A DNA stretch of 64,000 bases from an uncultured Acidobacteriota bacterium. GTDB taxonomy: Bacteria; Acidobacteriota; Terriglobia; Acidiferrales; UBA7541. This document shows positions 53,220 through 63,423 of the stretch, one piece after another. The stretch spans positions 1,209,669 to 1,273,668 of the forward strand of contig OY969113.1 of NCBI GenBank assembly GCA_963698005.1, read 5' to 3'. Both the position numbers and the translations under genes were made by a program. Numbering within the stretch: the first letter of the stretch is position 1; every line of letters begins with the position of its first letter. The notes beneath the pieces were generated by a model. The model saw only the letters and a list, made by a program, of their open reading frames with translations. It was not told the origin of the DNA and did no database searches.

Positions 53220-54403
53220 CCGCGCGCAAAAAATCGATGTTGGTGCTGGGCATGATGTCCGGCACGTCCGCGGACGGCATCGATGTGGCTCTGGCTCGAA
53301 TTTCCGGACGCCCGCCGAAACTCTCGGTGAAGCTCGAAGGCCATCACCACACCGCCTTCCCTGCTACGGTCCGCAAAGCGATCCTGCGTTTGGCCAACGG
53401 AGGTCCCACAACGGCGGCGGAAATCAGCCAATTGAATTTTTTGCTGGGCGAAGAATTCGCGCGTGCCGCAGTCTCGGCCTGTAAGTCCTGGCGCGTCCCG
53501 CTGCGAAAAGTGTCACTAATCGGTTCGCACGGCCAGACAATTTATCATCAAGGTGGGCCTTCTCCATTCTTGAACCATCCACGCCTATCCTCGACGCTGC
53601 AAATCGGCGAACCCAGCTTAGTTGCCGAACGTACCGGCGTCACAACCATCGCCGATTTTCGTCCAGCGGATATGGCCGCCGGAGGTCAGGGCGCTCCGCT
53701 GGTTCCTTTCGTTGATTACTTGCTGTACCGCCATCCGACGCTCACTCGCGTGGCCTTGAACATTGGAGGAATCGCCAACGTCACCGTAATTCCCGCGCAT
53801 GCAAAACCGAAAGACGTATTTGCATTCGACACCGGCCCGGGCAATATGATCGTGGACGCGCTAGTAGAACAATTCACGCACGCCCGTTCGCATTACGACA
53901 AAGATTCACAAATGGCCTTGCGCGGGCGTTTGCTTCCGAAACTTTTGAACACGCTAATGGACGATCCATATTTGCAAAAACAGCCGCCCAAGACAGCGGG
54001 CCGCGAGCAGTTCGGCCAATCGTGCGCGCAGAAAATAATCTCGTGGGCCAAACAACGTCGCGCGAAGCCCGAAGACGTCGTGCGAACCGCGACAATCTTC
54101 ACTTCCCTTTCCATCGCAAACGCATTTCAGCTATTTATTTTGCCGCGAACGCAGGTGGACGAAGTGATCGTCTCCGGCGGAGGCGCGCACAATTCGCTTA
54201 TGATGGTCTATCTCGCTGCAATCCTCGGGCTTCCCGTTATTTTCTCAGGCGAGCTTGGAGTAAAGCCCGAGGCCAAGGAAGCTTTGGCCTTCGCCGTCCT
54301 CGCGTACGAGTCCTATCACGGTCGCGCGAACAATTTGCCTTCCGCCACGGGGGCAAATCATCCCGCCATCCTCGGGAAGCTGGTGCATGGCCGCGCGCGC
54401 TAA
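53216..54403 (+). CDS. anmK: anhydro-N-acetylmuramic acid kinase
   Basis: GMMSGTSADGIDVAL N-terminal motif. Start overlaps the mutS stop (ATGA). Confidence 0.85.
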   Translation: MTARKKSMLVLGMMSGTSADGIDVALARISGRPPKLSVKLEGHHHTAFPATVRKAILRLANGGPTTAAEISQLNFLLGEEFARAAVSACKSWRVPLRKVSLIGSHGQTIYHQGGPSPFLNHPRLSSTLQIGEPSLVAERTGVTTIADFRPADMAAGGQGAPLVPFVDYLLYRHPTLTRVALNIGGIANVTVIPAHAKPKDVFAFDTGPGNMIVDALVEQFTHARSHYDKDSQMALRGRLLPKLLNTLMDDPYLQKQPPKTAGREQFGQSCAQKIISWAKQRRAKPEDVVRTATIFTSLSIANAFQLFILPRTQVDEVIVSGGGAHNSLMMVYLAAILGLPVIFSGELGVKPEAKEALAFAVLAYESYHGRANNLPSATGANHPAILGKLVHGRAR

Positions 54404-55931
54404 TTTTCGTCTCCGCATTCTTGCGCTCGCGCTAATCGCCTCCCTGATTCCAGCTGGGTGCTCTTATTTTCGTCCCAAGGCTGACCCGAACACCATCGTA
54501 TTCCTCATTGAGTCTGCTCCCACCAACCTCGATCCTCGCATCGGGGCGGACGCTTACTCCGCCCACCTCGACGGCCTGATTTTTTCGAGCCTGGTGGCTC
54601 ACGACGCGCAGATGAACGTCATCCCCGACCTCGCCGAGCGCTGGGAAACGCCCGACCCGCTCACTTACGTCTTCCATCTTCGCCAAGGTGTAAAGTTTCA
54701 CGATGGCCGTGAGCTCACTTCCGCCGATGTGAAGTTCACCTTCGATTCAATTATCAGCGGCGCGGTGAAGACTCCCAAGCGCGGCGCGTTCCGGCTCGTC
54801 ACTTCCACCGAAGCCCCCGACACGCATACGTTTGTCTTCCATTTGCGCGAACCCTACGCATCATTTCTTTTCGGCCTTACACGGCCGAGCGTTGGTATCG
54901 TCCCGCGAGATTCGGATGCAGGGCTTTCGCAGCGCCCCATCGGCAGCGGACCCTTTCGCTTCGTCAGCGCCATTCGCGACGAGGAGATCGTGCTCGAACG
55001 CAATCCCGATTATTTTGGAGGCGCGCCGAAAATCGAGCGTGTGCGTTTCCGAATCGTTCCGGATGCCATCGTTCGCGCGCTGGAATTGCGCAAAGGCTCG
55101 GCCGACGTCGAAATCAATTCGCTTCCACCTGACATGTCGGCCACGCTCGCAAACGTGCCTGGGCTCGCGGTGGAAGAACAGCCCGGCACTCCGCTCGCCT
55201 ATATCTCGTTCAATTTCGAAGATCCTATTCTCGCGCGTCGCGAAGTGCGGCAAGCTCTCGCTTACGCGACCGATCGCGAATCCCTCATCAAATACCTGCT
55301 TCACGGACAAGCCCGCTTGGCCACCAGCCTGCTACCTCCGAACCATTGGGCCTTCGATCCGGACGTCGCTCAATACGGCTACGATCCTGCGCGCGCCAAT
55401 CAACTCCTCGATTCTGCCGGATTTCCTCGCGGCGCGGACGGCATTCGTTTCCATCTCGCATTGAAAACTTCCACAGATGAATCTGTACGTCTCACCAGCG
55501 CGGCAATCGCCGAGCAGTGGAAGCGTGTGGGAATCGCTCTGGACTTGCGCCCGCTTGAGTTCGCCACCTTTTTTTCGGATATCTCGCGCGGAAGTTTTCA
55601 GCTCTACACGCTGCGTTGGGTTGGAGCCAACAACGATCCCGACATCTTCGAATACGTTTTCGGCTCAAAGAAGATTCCGCCCGACGGCGCCAACCGAGGC
55701 CGCTATCGCAATCCGGCTCTGGATGCCCTGCTCGACAGCGCACGCGTGGAATCGAATCAAGAAAAGAGGAAAGCGATTCTGTGGCAGATTCAGAAAATCG
55801 TTGCGGAAGACGAGCCTTACATCAACCTGTGGTATCCGGACAATGTCTGCGTGCACCGCACCAGGCTCACCGACATCGTGATTCCCCCCGACGGCAACTA
55901 CGAATTCCTCGTTACCGCTCGGTTGCAGTAA
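54387..55931 (+). CDS. ABC transporter substrate-binding protein, family 5 (peptide/nickel type)
   Basis: 514 aa. Lipoprotein-like signal (LIPAGCS). LAERWE..D..TYVFHLRQGVKFHDG is the typical SBP_bac_5 motif. Confidence 0.8.
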   Translation: MAARANFRLRILALALIASLIPAGCSYFRPKADPNTIVFLIESAPTNLDPRIGADAYSAHLDGLIFSSLVAHDAQMNVIPDLAERWETPDPLTYVFHLRQGVKFHDGRELTSADVKFTFDSIISGAVKTPKRGAFRLVTSTEAPDTHTFVFHLREPYASFLFGLTRPSVGIVPRDSDAGLSQRPIGSGPFRFVSAIRDEEIVLERNPDYFGGAPKIERVRFRIVPDAIVRALELRKGSADVEINSLPPDMSATLANVPGLAVEEQPGTPLAYISFNFEDPILARREVRQALAYATDRESLIKYLLHGQARLATSLLPPNHWAFDPDVAQYGYDPARANQLLDSAGFPRGADGIRFHLALKTSTDESVRLTSAAIAEQWKRVGIALDLRPLEFATFFSDISRGSFQLYTLRWVGANNDPDIFEYVFGSKKIPPDGANRGRYRNPALDALLDSARVESNQEKRKAILWQIQKIVAEDEPYINLWYPDNVCVHRTRLTDIVIPPDGNYEFLVTARLQ

Positions 55932-55960
55932 GCTGTTCGCGCGGCTATATCTACGAAGGC

Positions 55961-56119
55961 GATCCACTCTTCAGCGCTTTCAGAATTTCTTCTTCAGGCA
56001 GCGCTCCCTTTTACCCTGAGCCTGCGAAGGGCGCTCGCCAAAAGGTCTCACTTGCGAGTTCTAGGTGTCCGATCCACTCTTCAGCGCTTTCAGAATTTCT
56101 TCTTCCGGCAGCGCTCCCT
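55961..56119. repeat. 49-nt direct repeat (55961-56009 and 56071-56119) duplicating the 3' end of tsaC
   Basis: 48 of 49 positions identical, 110-bp period. The inner copy encodes the tsaC C-terminus GALPEEEILKALKSGS. The outer copy lies in the tsaC/SBP intergenic spacer and would encode the same peptide ending SPS*. Confidence 0.9.
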
Positions 56120-56711
56120 CGCGTGCCAGAGTCCAATGATCGCCGTCAATGCGTACGATCGTCGAAGCCAGCACCGCTCCGGTGTCGCCCGCATCGAGAA
56201 TCAGCGGCAGACAATTTCCAAGTTGTTTCACGATTTGCGCCGCATTTGTGCAGGATGGAAAGCCGGAAAGATTCGCGCTCGTCCCGGTTATCGGGCCGCC
56301 GACCGCTTCGATGATCGCGGTCGGAATCGGCGAATTCGCCCAACGCAAAGCCACGCGCCCGCTGTTCCCCGTGACTTTTAGCGGAAGTCGATGCGTCGCC
56401 TCCACAACCAGCGTCAGCGCACCCGGCCAGAATTTGTGCGCCAGCAGTAGAAAAATATCCGGCACTTCGCGCATCAGCGTTACCGCTTGCTCGATCGAAC
56501 TCACCAGGATGGGAAGCGCCTTGGTTTCCGGCCGTCCCTTGGCCTGAAATACACCTTCAATCGCCGCTAGATTAAACGGATCGGCCGAAAGTCCGTAGAA
56601 GGTGTCCGTAGGAATGCCTACCACCTCGCCGCGCTTGATGAATCCGGCGGCATAGTCCACCACGTCACGTTCCGGCGTTTTGGAAGATATTTTAAGAACT
56701 TCGACGGGCAA
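56061..56711 (-). CDS. tsaC: L-threonylcarbamoyladenylate synthase (YrdC/Sua5/TsaC family)
   Basis: IPTDTFYGLSADP, KGRP and TSANLSG motifs. Confidence 0.85.
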   Translation of the reverse strand: MPVEVLKISSKTPERDVVDYAAGFIKRGEVVGIPTDTFYGLSADPFNLAAIEGVFQAKGRPETKALPILVSSIEQAVTLMREVPDIFLLLAHKFWPGALTLVVEATHRLPLKVTGNSGRVALRWANSPIPTAIIEAVGGPITGTSANLSGFPSCTNAAQIVKQLGNCLPLILDAGDTGAVLASTIVRIDGDHWTLAREGALPEEEILKALKSGSDT

Positions 56712-56948
56712 TTTTCACTCGCGGGTTACGCCTTCATCTTTGGCAAACTACCACAGCCATGCCAGCGCAATCAAGCCGCCTCGGTTTTTTGCAGTGTCCT
56801 ACAGCACGCAACGAACGGCTCCGACAAACCCCGCCGTTCTTCAGGGGGTCGGAGCTTCAGCTCCGACAAAAAATCGGCTGCGCGCAGCGCCTTCCTTTCG
56901 CGGTGCAGTTCCCGCGAGTTTTTCCGCAGCACTCAACCCGTCGCGCCA

Positions 56949-57245
56949 TCAGCCCCCTGCGATGGCGCCGATTATCAACAGAGGTTCCGTTCCCGAGGCA
57001 ACTTCGTCCGGCAGCGGGGCGTCCAGTTCCTGATGCGAAAGGTCTTCCCCGCAGGCGAAGAATCGCAAGAACGGCCGGCGCTTTTGCGTGATGTGATCGC
57101 GGATCGCTCCCCGCAGCATCGGGTAGCGCGCTTCGAGCGCGTCGAGTACCGAACGCTGCGTGGCCTGACCTTCGATATCGAGCTTTACTTCCCCGCTGAT
57201 GTGCGCGAGCCCGCGAAGGTGCGACGGAAGCTCGACTCGTATCAT
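56949..57245 (-). CDS. MoaD/ThiS-family ubiquitin-like protein ending in Gly-Gly
   Basis: 98 aa with C-terminal ..IGAIAGG. Start overlaps the stop of the upstream BNR gene (ATGA). Confidence 0.65.
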   Translation of the reverse strand: MIRVELPSHLRGLAHISGEVKLDIEGQATQRSVLDALEARYPMLRGAIRDHITQKRRPFLRFFACGEDLSHQELDAPLPDEVASGTEPLLIIGAIAGG

Positions 57246-58357
57246 GGCAGTGTCTGCACCTCGACGGAATACACCGCCGGAAGATCACGGACGATAGGCG
57301 CCCATGTGTCGCCTGCATCGGCCGACGCATACACCTGACCTCCCGTCGTGCCGAAATACACGCCGCATTTATCAAGCGAGTCCACGGCCATCGCATCGCG
57401 CAGCACGTTAACGTAACAGTCCGCCTGGGGCAGCCCCTTAGTCAGCGCCTCCCACTCGTTTCCGCCCGAGCGGCTTCGATAAACGCGCAGTTTTCCATCC
57501 GGCGTAAAATGTTCCGAATCGCTCTTGATCGGCACGACGTAAATGGTTTCCGGTTCGTGTGCGTGAACGTCGATTACGAACCCGAAGTCGCTCGGCAAGT
57601 TCCCGCTGATCTCCCGCCATAGCTCGCCGGCATCGTCGGTACGAAGGACGTCCCAATGCTTCTGCATGAACAGCACATTCGGTCGCGAGGGATGCATCGC
57701 AATATGGTGAACGCAGTGCCCGACCTCGGCCGTAGGGTCGGGAATGTACTCGGAGCGCAGGCCGCGGTTGATCGGTTTCCATGTTTTGCCGGCGTCGTCG
57801 GTGCGGAACGCGCCCGCAGCGGAGATGGCTATGAACATCCGCTCCGCATCTTCCGGATCCTGAATGATTGAGTGCAAGCACATTCCACCGGCGCCCGGCT
57901 GCCACTGTGGCCCCGAGCCATGGCCGCGCAGTCCGGAGAGTTCCTGCCAATTCTGCCCTCCGTCGTTTGAAACGAACAGTGCCGCATCTTCAACTCCGGC
58001 ATAAACCGTATCCGGATCGGTCAGCGAGGGTTCCAAATGCCACACCCGTTTGAATTCCCAGGGGTGCGGCGTCCCGTCGTACCACTGGTGCGTACCAGGG
58101 ACGCCGTCGTACACAAACTTGTTGCCCGCCGTCTCCCACGTTTTGCCGCCGTCGTCGGAGCGCTGAATTATCTGTCCGGACCAGCCGCTCGACTGCGACG
58201 CATATATCCGATTTGGGTCAACAGGCGATCCCTTAAGATGGTAGAGCTCCCACCCCGCAAAGTGGGGGCCGCTTACATCCCAGCGTTCGCGCTTGCCGTC
58301 CGCTGTCAGGATGAACGCGCCTTTCCGTGTGCCCACCAAAACTCTTACCTTGCTCAT
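57242..58357 (-). CDS. cytosolic BNR/Asp-box repeat beta-propeller protein (sialidase-fold)
   Basis: Five Asp-box motifs: [40 protein letters not shown]. No signal peptide. Confidence 0.75.
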   Translation of the reverse strand: MSKVRVLVGTRKGAFILTADGKRERWDVSGPHFAGWELYHLKGSPVDPNRIYASQSSGWSGQIIQRSDDGGKTWETAGNKFVYDGVPGTHQWYDGTPHPWEFKRVWHLEPSLTDPDTVYAGVEDAALFVSNDGGQNWQELSGLRGHGSGPQWQPGAGGMCLHSIIQDPEDAERMFIAISAAGAFRTDDAGKTWKPINRGLRSEYIPDPTAEVGHCVHHIAMHPSRPNVLFMQKHWDVLRTDDAGELWREISGNLPSDFGFVIDVHAHEPETIYVVPIKSDSEHFTPDGKLRVYRSRSGGNEWEALTKGLPQADCYVNVLRDAMAVDSLDKCGVYFGTTGGQVYASADAGDTWAPIVRDLPAVYSVEVQTLP

Positions 58358-58429
58358 CTCGACCTCCTGCTTGGTCCCGCTGAGATGCTCGCGTCACCCA
58401 CCGAGTTGCAGCGCAATTGTTTCCATCCT

Positions 58430-58462
58430 CTTGGGACGCACCCCAAGCCGTCACTCCAAAAC
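58430..58462 (+). repeat. REP-like element type D variant
   Basis: cttgggacgcaccccaag hairpin followed by ccgtcactccaaaac. Confidence 0.5.
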
Positions 58463-58490
58463 TATATCAGCGAGTCTGTGTCGCAGCTCC

Positions 58491-58562
58491 GATTTTCGTC
58501 AGGGCACGACTTTAGTCGTGCCGTAAATGGTGCGAAATCACTGCGGCTTCAGCCGCTGAGGG
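58491..58562 (-). repeat. REP-like composite element type E (inverted relative to 8458-8529)
   Basis: gattttcgtcagggcacgactttagtcgtgcc...ctgcggcttcagccgctgaggg. 68 of 72 positions match the reverse complement of 8458-8529. Confidence 0.9.
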
Positions 58563-59481
58563 ACCGAATTTGCGCGCGTGACACAAACTCGTAAGCCCTG
58601 GCGAATACTCTGAAACTGATCCTTCAGCACGCCAGCGCCTGAACCTGCAGACGCCGCAATCCTTTTGAATTGTGGGAGTTCGCCACCGAATAGCCCTCCC
58701 GCGGGGCCCAAAAATCGCAGTTTGCCCGTCTGGAATTTCCTCTGCAACCACCACTCCCGAAAAGATTTACAAAATGCTCACACAAATTCGGATTTGCATC
58801 GTGTGTTAGGCTGGAAATGGTGCTATGTCGAGCATAGAAAATGTCGGCGCAGTAGGCAGTGCAAGGCGGGCAGACGCTCTTCGTCCGCTCACTCGCCAGA
58901 ATGTCGCTCCTCAGATTGTTTCGGACAAACGGTCCACTCTGAGCAATTTCGGCGAAGGGTCTTCATCGTTTCGCACCCCGCTCTCCACAAATTCCGCCAA
59001 ATTAAATCGCCAAATTCCGGAATTAGAACGCTTCGCAACTCACGGAAAACAAACAACGGTGCTCTGCTCAAATCGCCAAAAAATCAAGTTTTGCAAAACT
59101 GAAAGTCTGAGTCGAACTGCACCACGCGTCGTGGTTCACGGACCGCGCCTCCCGCTAGCCACTAGCCACTCATCACTAGCAACTGCATTTCTAACCGGTT
59201 CTGGCTCGCAAACAGAAATCGCCGTAATCTACTCAAAACAAAGAACCGCGCAGATTCTAACCGGTTCTAGAATTGCACGTAAGCGTTTATCAAAGCAGTC
59301 GAAGTTCTCGCCGAAGTCCGTTCACGGAACACCGTGCGAGGGACACGTGTCGCGCCTCAGGGTCCACGGATCGCGTCTCTCGCTAGCCACTAGCTTCTCG
59401 CTTGCCCTGACGAAGGAAGTGCCACTAGCCGCCGCATCTCAGCGTGTTTACGCAAGCTCAGCCGTTTGTTACGCTTGTTGC

Positions 59482-60450
59482 ATGGCGCCACAGTTCCCTT
59501 CCGACAAACGAGCACAACCTGCGCCAGAAAGCGTTCCAGTGCGCGCCCAATCGAATCAATCCACCGCCGGCGCCCACGTTGGCAACTCCGAGAGCATCAC
59601 CAGCCGCGACAACAAATGGCTAAAACAATTTCGAGCGGCCCTGCGTGGCACCGGTCCCGCCGAGGACGAGCCGATCGCGGCCGAAGGGCCGAAGCTTGTG
59701 GAAGAGGGCGTGCGCTCGGGGCTTGAAACGGAAGCTTTGTTGGTAAGTGAAACCGGCGAGCGTTACCTGGAACGCATACTCCTGGCGGCCAGCGAGAGCG
59801 ACTCCGGCGTACCGCGCTCGCGAATTTTCCGCACGTCCGACAAGCTGTTCGAAAGCGTCGCAGGGACTGAGGCGCCGCAGGGAGTTGCAGCTCTGTTTCG
59901 CCAGCGCGAATGGAGTTTTGATGATGTTATGCGCGGCCGCGCCAGTTTCTCCGGCGCATATCGCGGCGATTTACCGCTCGTCATGGTAATTGCCGCAGTT
60001 CAAGACCCCGGCAATGTGGGCACGATCATCCGCTCAGCCGAAGCTTTCGGAGCTTCGGGAGTCGTGGGTACACGAGGCGCGGCCGATTCGTGGTCACCGA
60101 AAGCACTGCGTGCATCGGCAGGATCCGCGCTACGCGTGCCGCTTCTGCGAGGCATGGCGATTCCGATTCTGCTGGCACAATTGCGCGTAGCAGGAGTGAG
60201 GATTCTGGCCGCCGGGTCGAGACCGCATGCAACGGCTGCGGCGAGAAATGCCGGAATGCCCATCCCTGACTTGCGGGGCGGGTGCGCAATTTTTATTGGC
60301 AACGAAGGTGCGGGCTTGCCAAAAGAAGTAGAGCACGCCGCCGATGATTGGATCTCCATCGCGATGAACGACGACGTGGAGTCGCTGAACGCCGGCGTAG
60401 CCGCGTCGGTGATTTTGTTCGAAGCAGCGCGGCAGCGGAGAGGCGCATAA
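59482..60450 (+). CDS. TrmH/SpoU-family RNA 2'-O-methyltransferase
   Basis: In-frame ATG at 59482 lies downstream of the repeat-rich spacer. LVMVIAAVQDPGNVGTIIRSAEAFG, IFIGNEGAGL and ESLNAGVAASVILFE SPOUT motifs. Confidence 0.8.
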   Translation: MAPQFPSDKRAQPAPESVPVRAQSNQSTAGAHVGNSESITSRDNKWLKQFRAALRGTGPAEDEPIAAEGPKLVEEGVRSGLETEALLVSETGERYLERILLAASESDSGVPRSRIFRTSDKLFESVAGTEAPQGVAALFRQREWSFDDVMRGRASFSGAYRGDLPLVMVIAAVQDPGNVGTIIRSAEAFGASGVVGTRGAADSWSPKALRASAGSALRVPLLRGMAIPILLAQLRVAGVRILAAGSRPHATAAARNAGMPIPDLRGGCAIFIGNEGAGLPKEVEHAADDWISIAMNDDVESLNAGVAASVILFEAARQRRGA

Positions 60451-60455
60451 ATCCC

Positions 60456-61808
60456 ATGGGCCTCTTTCAAACTGTCGAGCCCGAAGCAGAATCGCAGGCC
60501 GGGCGTCCGCTCGCAGATCGCATGCGTCCGCGAACGTTGGACGAATTCATCGGACAAGAAGAGCTTTTAGGCCCGGGCAAGCCGCTTCGCATCCAAATCG
60601 AGCGCGATGATCTGAGTTCGATGCTGCTCTGGGGGCCTCCCGGCTGCGGAAAAACCACCCTGGCGCGAATTATTGCCAAGAGCACGCGGTCGGACTTCAT
60701 TCCCTTCAGCGCGGTGCTTGCCGGCATCAAGGAAATCAAGGAGGTGATGGCGAAGGCGGAAGGCGCACGCCGCTACGGAATGCGCACGATTGTTTTCGTG
60801 GACGAAGTGCATCGCTTCAACCGCGCGCAACAGGACGCCTTCCTGCCGCACGTCGAAGCCGGCAATATCTTGCTCATAGGCGCGACCACCGAGAACCCGT
60901 CGTTTGAAGTAATCGCCCCGCTGCTTTCTAGGATGCGGGTCTACGTGATGCACGCTCTCACGAAGGACCAAATCGTGGGACTTCTGCGGCGCGCGCTTGC
61001 CGATCGCGTGCGCGGATTGGGCAAACAACAAGTGGAAGCGGCGGACGATATTCTCGATCGGATTGCCGTCCTTGCCAACGGCGATGCACGCTCCGCGTAC
61101 AACACGCTCGAAGCGCTCGTGATGGGCACAACTCCGGACGCGGATTCGCGCCGCGTTTTATCGCAAGCTCGTCTCGAAGATGTCTTGCAGAAAAAGCTCC
61201 TGCCCTACGACAAATCCGGCGAAGAGCATTTCAACCTGATTTCGGCTCTTCATAAGTCGGTGCGAAATTCAGACGCCGATGCTTCTCTCTACTGGCTGGC
61301 GCGCATGTTGGAATCAGGAGAGGACCCGCTCTACGTCGCGCGCCGCCTGGTTCGCATGGCCAATGAAGATATTGGACTGGCAGAGCCTCACGCCGTTCAA
61401 GTGGCACTTGCCGCGATGCAGGCGTTCGAATTTCTTGGTCCGCCGGAAGGCAACCTCGCACTGGCGCAAGCGGCGGTGTATCTGGCGCTCGCTCCAAAAT
61501 CGAATGCGGTGTACACCGCTTATGGAGACGTTCACGAGGATCTGCAAAAAACCATGGCGGAGCCTGTGCCGTTGCACCTGCGCAACGCCGTCACCGGGTT
61601 GATGAAGCACATTGGCTACGGCAAAGGCTATCAGTACGCCCACAACGCGGAAGAAAAAGTTACGGATATGACTTGCTTGCCGGAAAGTCTCGCGGATCGC
61701 GTGTACTACCACCCAACCGATCAAGGGTTTGAAGCGCGCATCCGGCAGAGGCTCGAAGAAATCCAGCGCATAAAGAGCAAGCCTCGGGATACCAAGGAAC
61801 AGTCATGA
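60456..61808 (+). CDS. rarA: replication-associated recombination protein A (AAA+ ATPase RarA/MgsA)
   Basis: LADRMRPRTLDEFIGQE, GPPGCGKTTLA Walker A, VFVDEVHRFN Walker B, C-terminal MgsA domain (YQYAHN). Confidence 0.9.
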   Translation: MGLFQTVEPEAESQAGRPLADRMRPRTLDEFIGQEELLGPGKPLRIQIERDDLSSMLLWGPPGCGKTTLARIIAKSTRSDFIPFSAVLAGIKEIKEVMAKAEGARRYGMRTIVFVDEVHRFNRAQQDAFLPHVEAGNILLIGATTENPSFEVIAPLLSRMRVYVMHALTKDQIVGLLRRALADRVRGLGKQQVEAADDILDRIAVLANGDARSAYNTLEALVMGTTPDADSRRVLSQARLEDVLQKKLLPYDKSGEEHFNLISALHKSVRNSDADASLYWLARMLESGEDPLYVARRLVRMANEDIGLAEPHAVQVALAAMQAFEFLGPPEGNLALAQAAVYLALAPKSNAVYTAYGDVHEDLQKTMAEPVPLHLRNAVTGLMKHIGYGKGYQYAHNAEEKVTDMTCLPESLADRVYYHPTDQGFEARIRQRLEEIQRIKSKPRDTKEQS

Positions 61809-62935
61809 GCGAGCGAACAAACCGCGGTGCGCTTCAGGGCGACCGAATTCTGCCGCCGATAGTAGTGGCGCTGGCGCTCACATTGTGTTTCCCGTTGCTT
61901 TCCCAAGCGCAGGGAAAATCGCTTGTGAAGATTGACGAAGACGTTCAGTCTTTTGCCATCGCGCCAGACAATCGCATCGTCTATTCCGTTCAGCATATCC
62001 GCAAGGTGAAGAAAGTCCGGCTGGAGCGCGACGATTTGTGGATCTCTTCCGCCGATGGTAAGCAGAAAAAGATCGCCGACGGAGAAAAGCTTTTCGCCGA
62101 TCCACTGCTGAGTTATCAAGTGCAATCGTTCGCCTGGTCGCCGGACGGCCGCCGCATCGCGGTAATGATGCAAACCGGGGAAATGACTCAGCCGAAAGGG
62201 ACTGTAGATCAGCAACTGGACGAACAGCAGACAGTGCGCGGGGCAGTTGCCATTTATCTGATGGACGCTGAAGGACATCAGATCCCCATTCAAGGCGCGA
62301 AGGACGGATTGCTTAACGACGGGTACAACGCTGCATGGCTCGCGGACGGTTCTACGCTCGTGTACGTCACAAGGACTGGCGGAGATTTCTACGAGTTGAA
62401 TTCGCTGCGTCCCGCCGACGGAAAGAGCAAGCCTCTTTTCCAAGGGCATACGTTTGCAGCTCTGGCGTGGGACACTAAGAACAACCGTGCATTTGCGATT
62501 GAGGAAAGCATGAAGGTCCTGAGCTCCCCCATGCTAGTGCGGCTGGACCTCGTGAAAGAAACTAGGACGGCCATCATGCCGGTCGATGAATATGCGGGCG
62601 ACTTTGCGCTTTCGCCGTCGGCACGAAAAGTCGGATATTTTCGCGACGGTGACACACTCGAAGTCCGCGATATGACCCAGCCCGGAGGCAAGCCGGTCCA
62701 GGTGAAGGTCGCCATCGGCGAGTTTCAATGGGCTCACGACGAGAAGCGAGTTTTGCTTAAGCGCGGCGATCCCCTAAAATCCGCGAGGTTGACCTGGGTG
62801 GGTTTGTATGACGGGCAGTTCGAACCGCTCTTGCACGATCTTGAATTTCACGACTACGAAATTTCACCGGATGGGCGCTTTGTGGCCGTCACGGAGCCTG
62901 GGAAACGAGCTCTCTTGGTTTACGGTTTGAACTAG
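61805..62935 (+). CDS. secreted PD40/TolB-like beta-propeller repeat protein
   Basis: Signal peptide (ALALTLCFPLLSQA-QG). Repeated SPDGRRIAV, ADGSTLVYV and SPDGRFVAV motifs. Start overlaps the rarA stop. Confidence 0.6.
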   Translation: MSERTNRGALQGDRILPPIVVALALTLCFPLLSQAQGKSLVKIDEDVQSFAIAPDNRIVYSVQHIRKVKKVRLERDDLWISSADGKQKKIADGEKLFADPLLSYQVQSFAWSPDGRRIAVMMQTGEMTQPKGTVDQQLDEQQTVRGAVAIYLMDAEGHQIPIQGAKDGLLNDGYNAAWLADGSTLVYVTRTGGDFYELNSLRPADGKSKPLFQGHTFAALAWDTKNNRAFAIEESMKVLSSPMLVRLDLVKETRTAIMPVDEYAGDFALSPSARKVGYFRDGDTLEVRDMTQPGGKPVQVKVAIGEFQWAHDEKRVLLKRGDPLKSARLTWVGLYDGQFEPLLHDLEFHDYEISPDGRFVAVTEPGKRALLVYGLN

Positions 62936-63423
62936 GAAGATTTCGTGGGTCGCGGTAGTTCGCGCACCCGTTTGGCGTGTTCCTTCAACGTGCACTTGTC
63001 CATGACTACGAAGATTCCGGCGCGCTTGGCGCGTCGGGCAGCCTCCACGTGTACCACGCCTTCCTGCATCCAGACGCAGCGAGCGCCGATCTGAATCGCC
63101 GCATCCACGATTTCCGGTACGAATATCGAGCGCCGAAATATATCTACGATATCGACAGGCACAGGGACGTCCTGCAGCCGTGCATAGCTTTTTTCTCCGA
63201 GCACTTCGGTTTCGTTCGGGTTTACCGGAATGATGCGGTAGCCGGCAGACTGCAGATACTCAGCTACGCCGTAACTCGGTCTCATGCATTGGCTCGAAAG
63301 GCCCACGACAGCGATCGTTTTGCCGGACTTGAGGATTTGCGTGATAGCGTCGGACTCGGCGAGACTGGCGAGCTCGAGGTCTGGATTACGAGCGGAGGTA
63401 GGCTTATCCGCGGAGTCGGGCAT
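62932..63423 (-). CDS. CoA-binding domain protein (YccU/YneT-like)
   Basis: KTIAVVGLSSQCMRPSYGVAEYLQSAGYRIIPVNP matches the CoA_binding_2 family pattern. Confidence 0.75.
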   Translation of the reverse strand: MPDSADKPTSARNPDLELASLAESDAITQILKSGKTIAVVGLSSQCMRPSYGVAEYLQSAGYRIIPVNPNETEVLGEKSYARLQDVPVPVDIVDIFRRSIFVPEIVDAAIQIGARCVWMQEGVVHVEAARRAKRAGIFVVMDKCTLKEHAKRVRELPRPTKSS

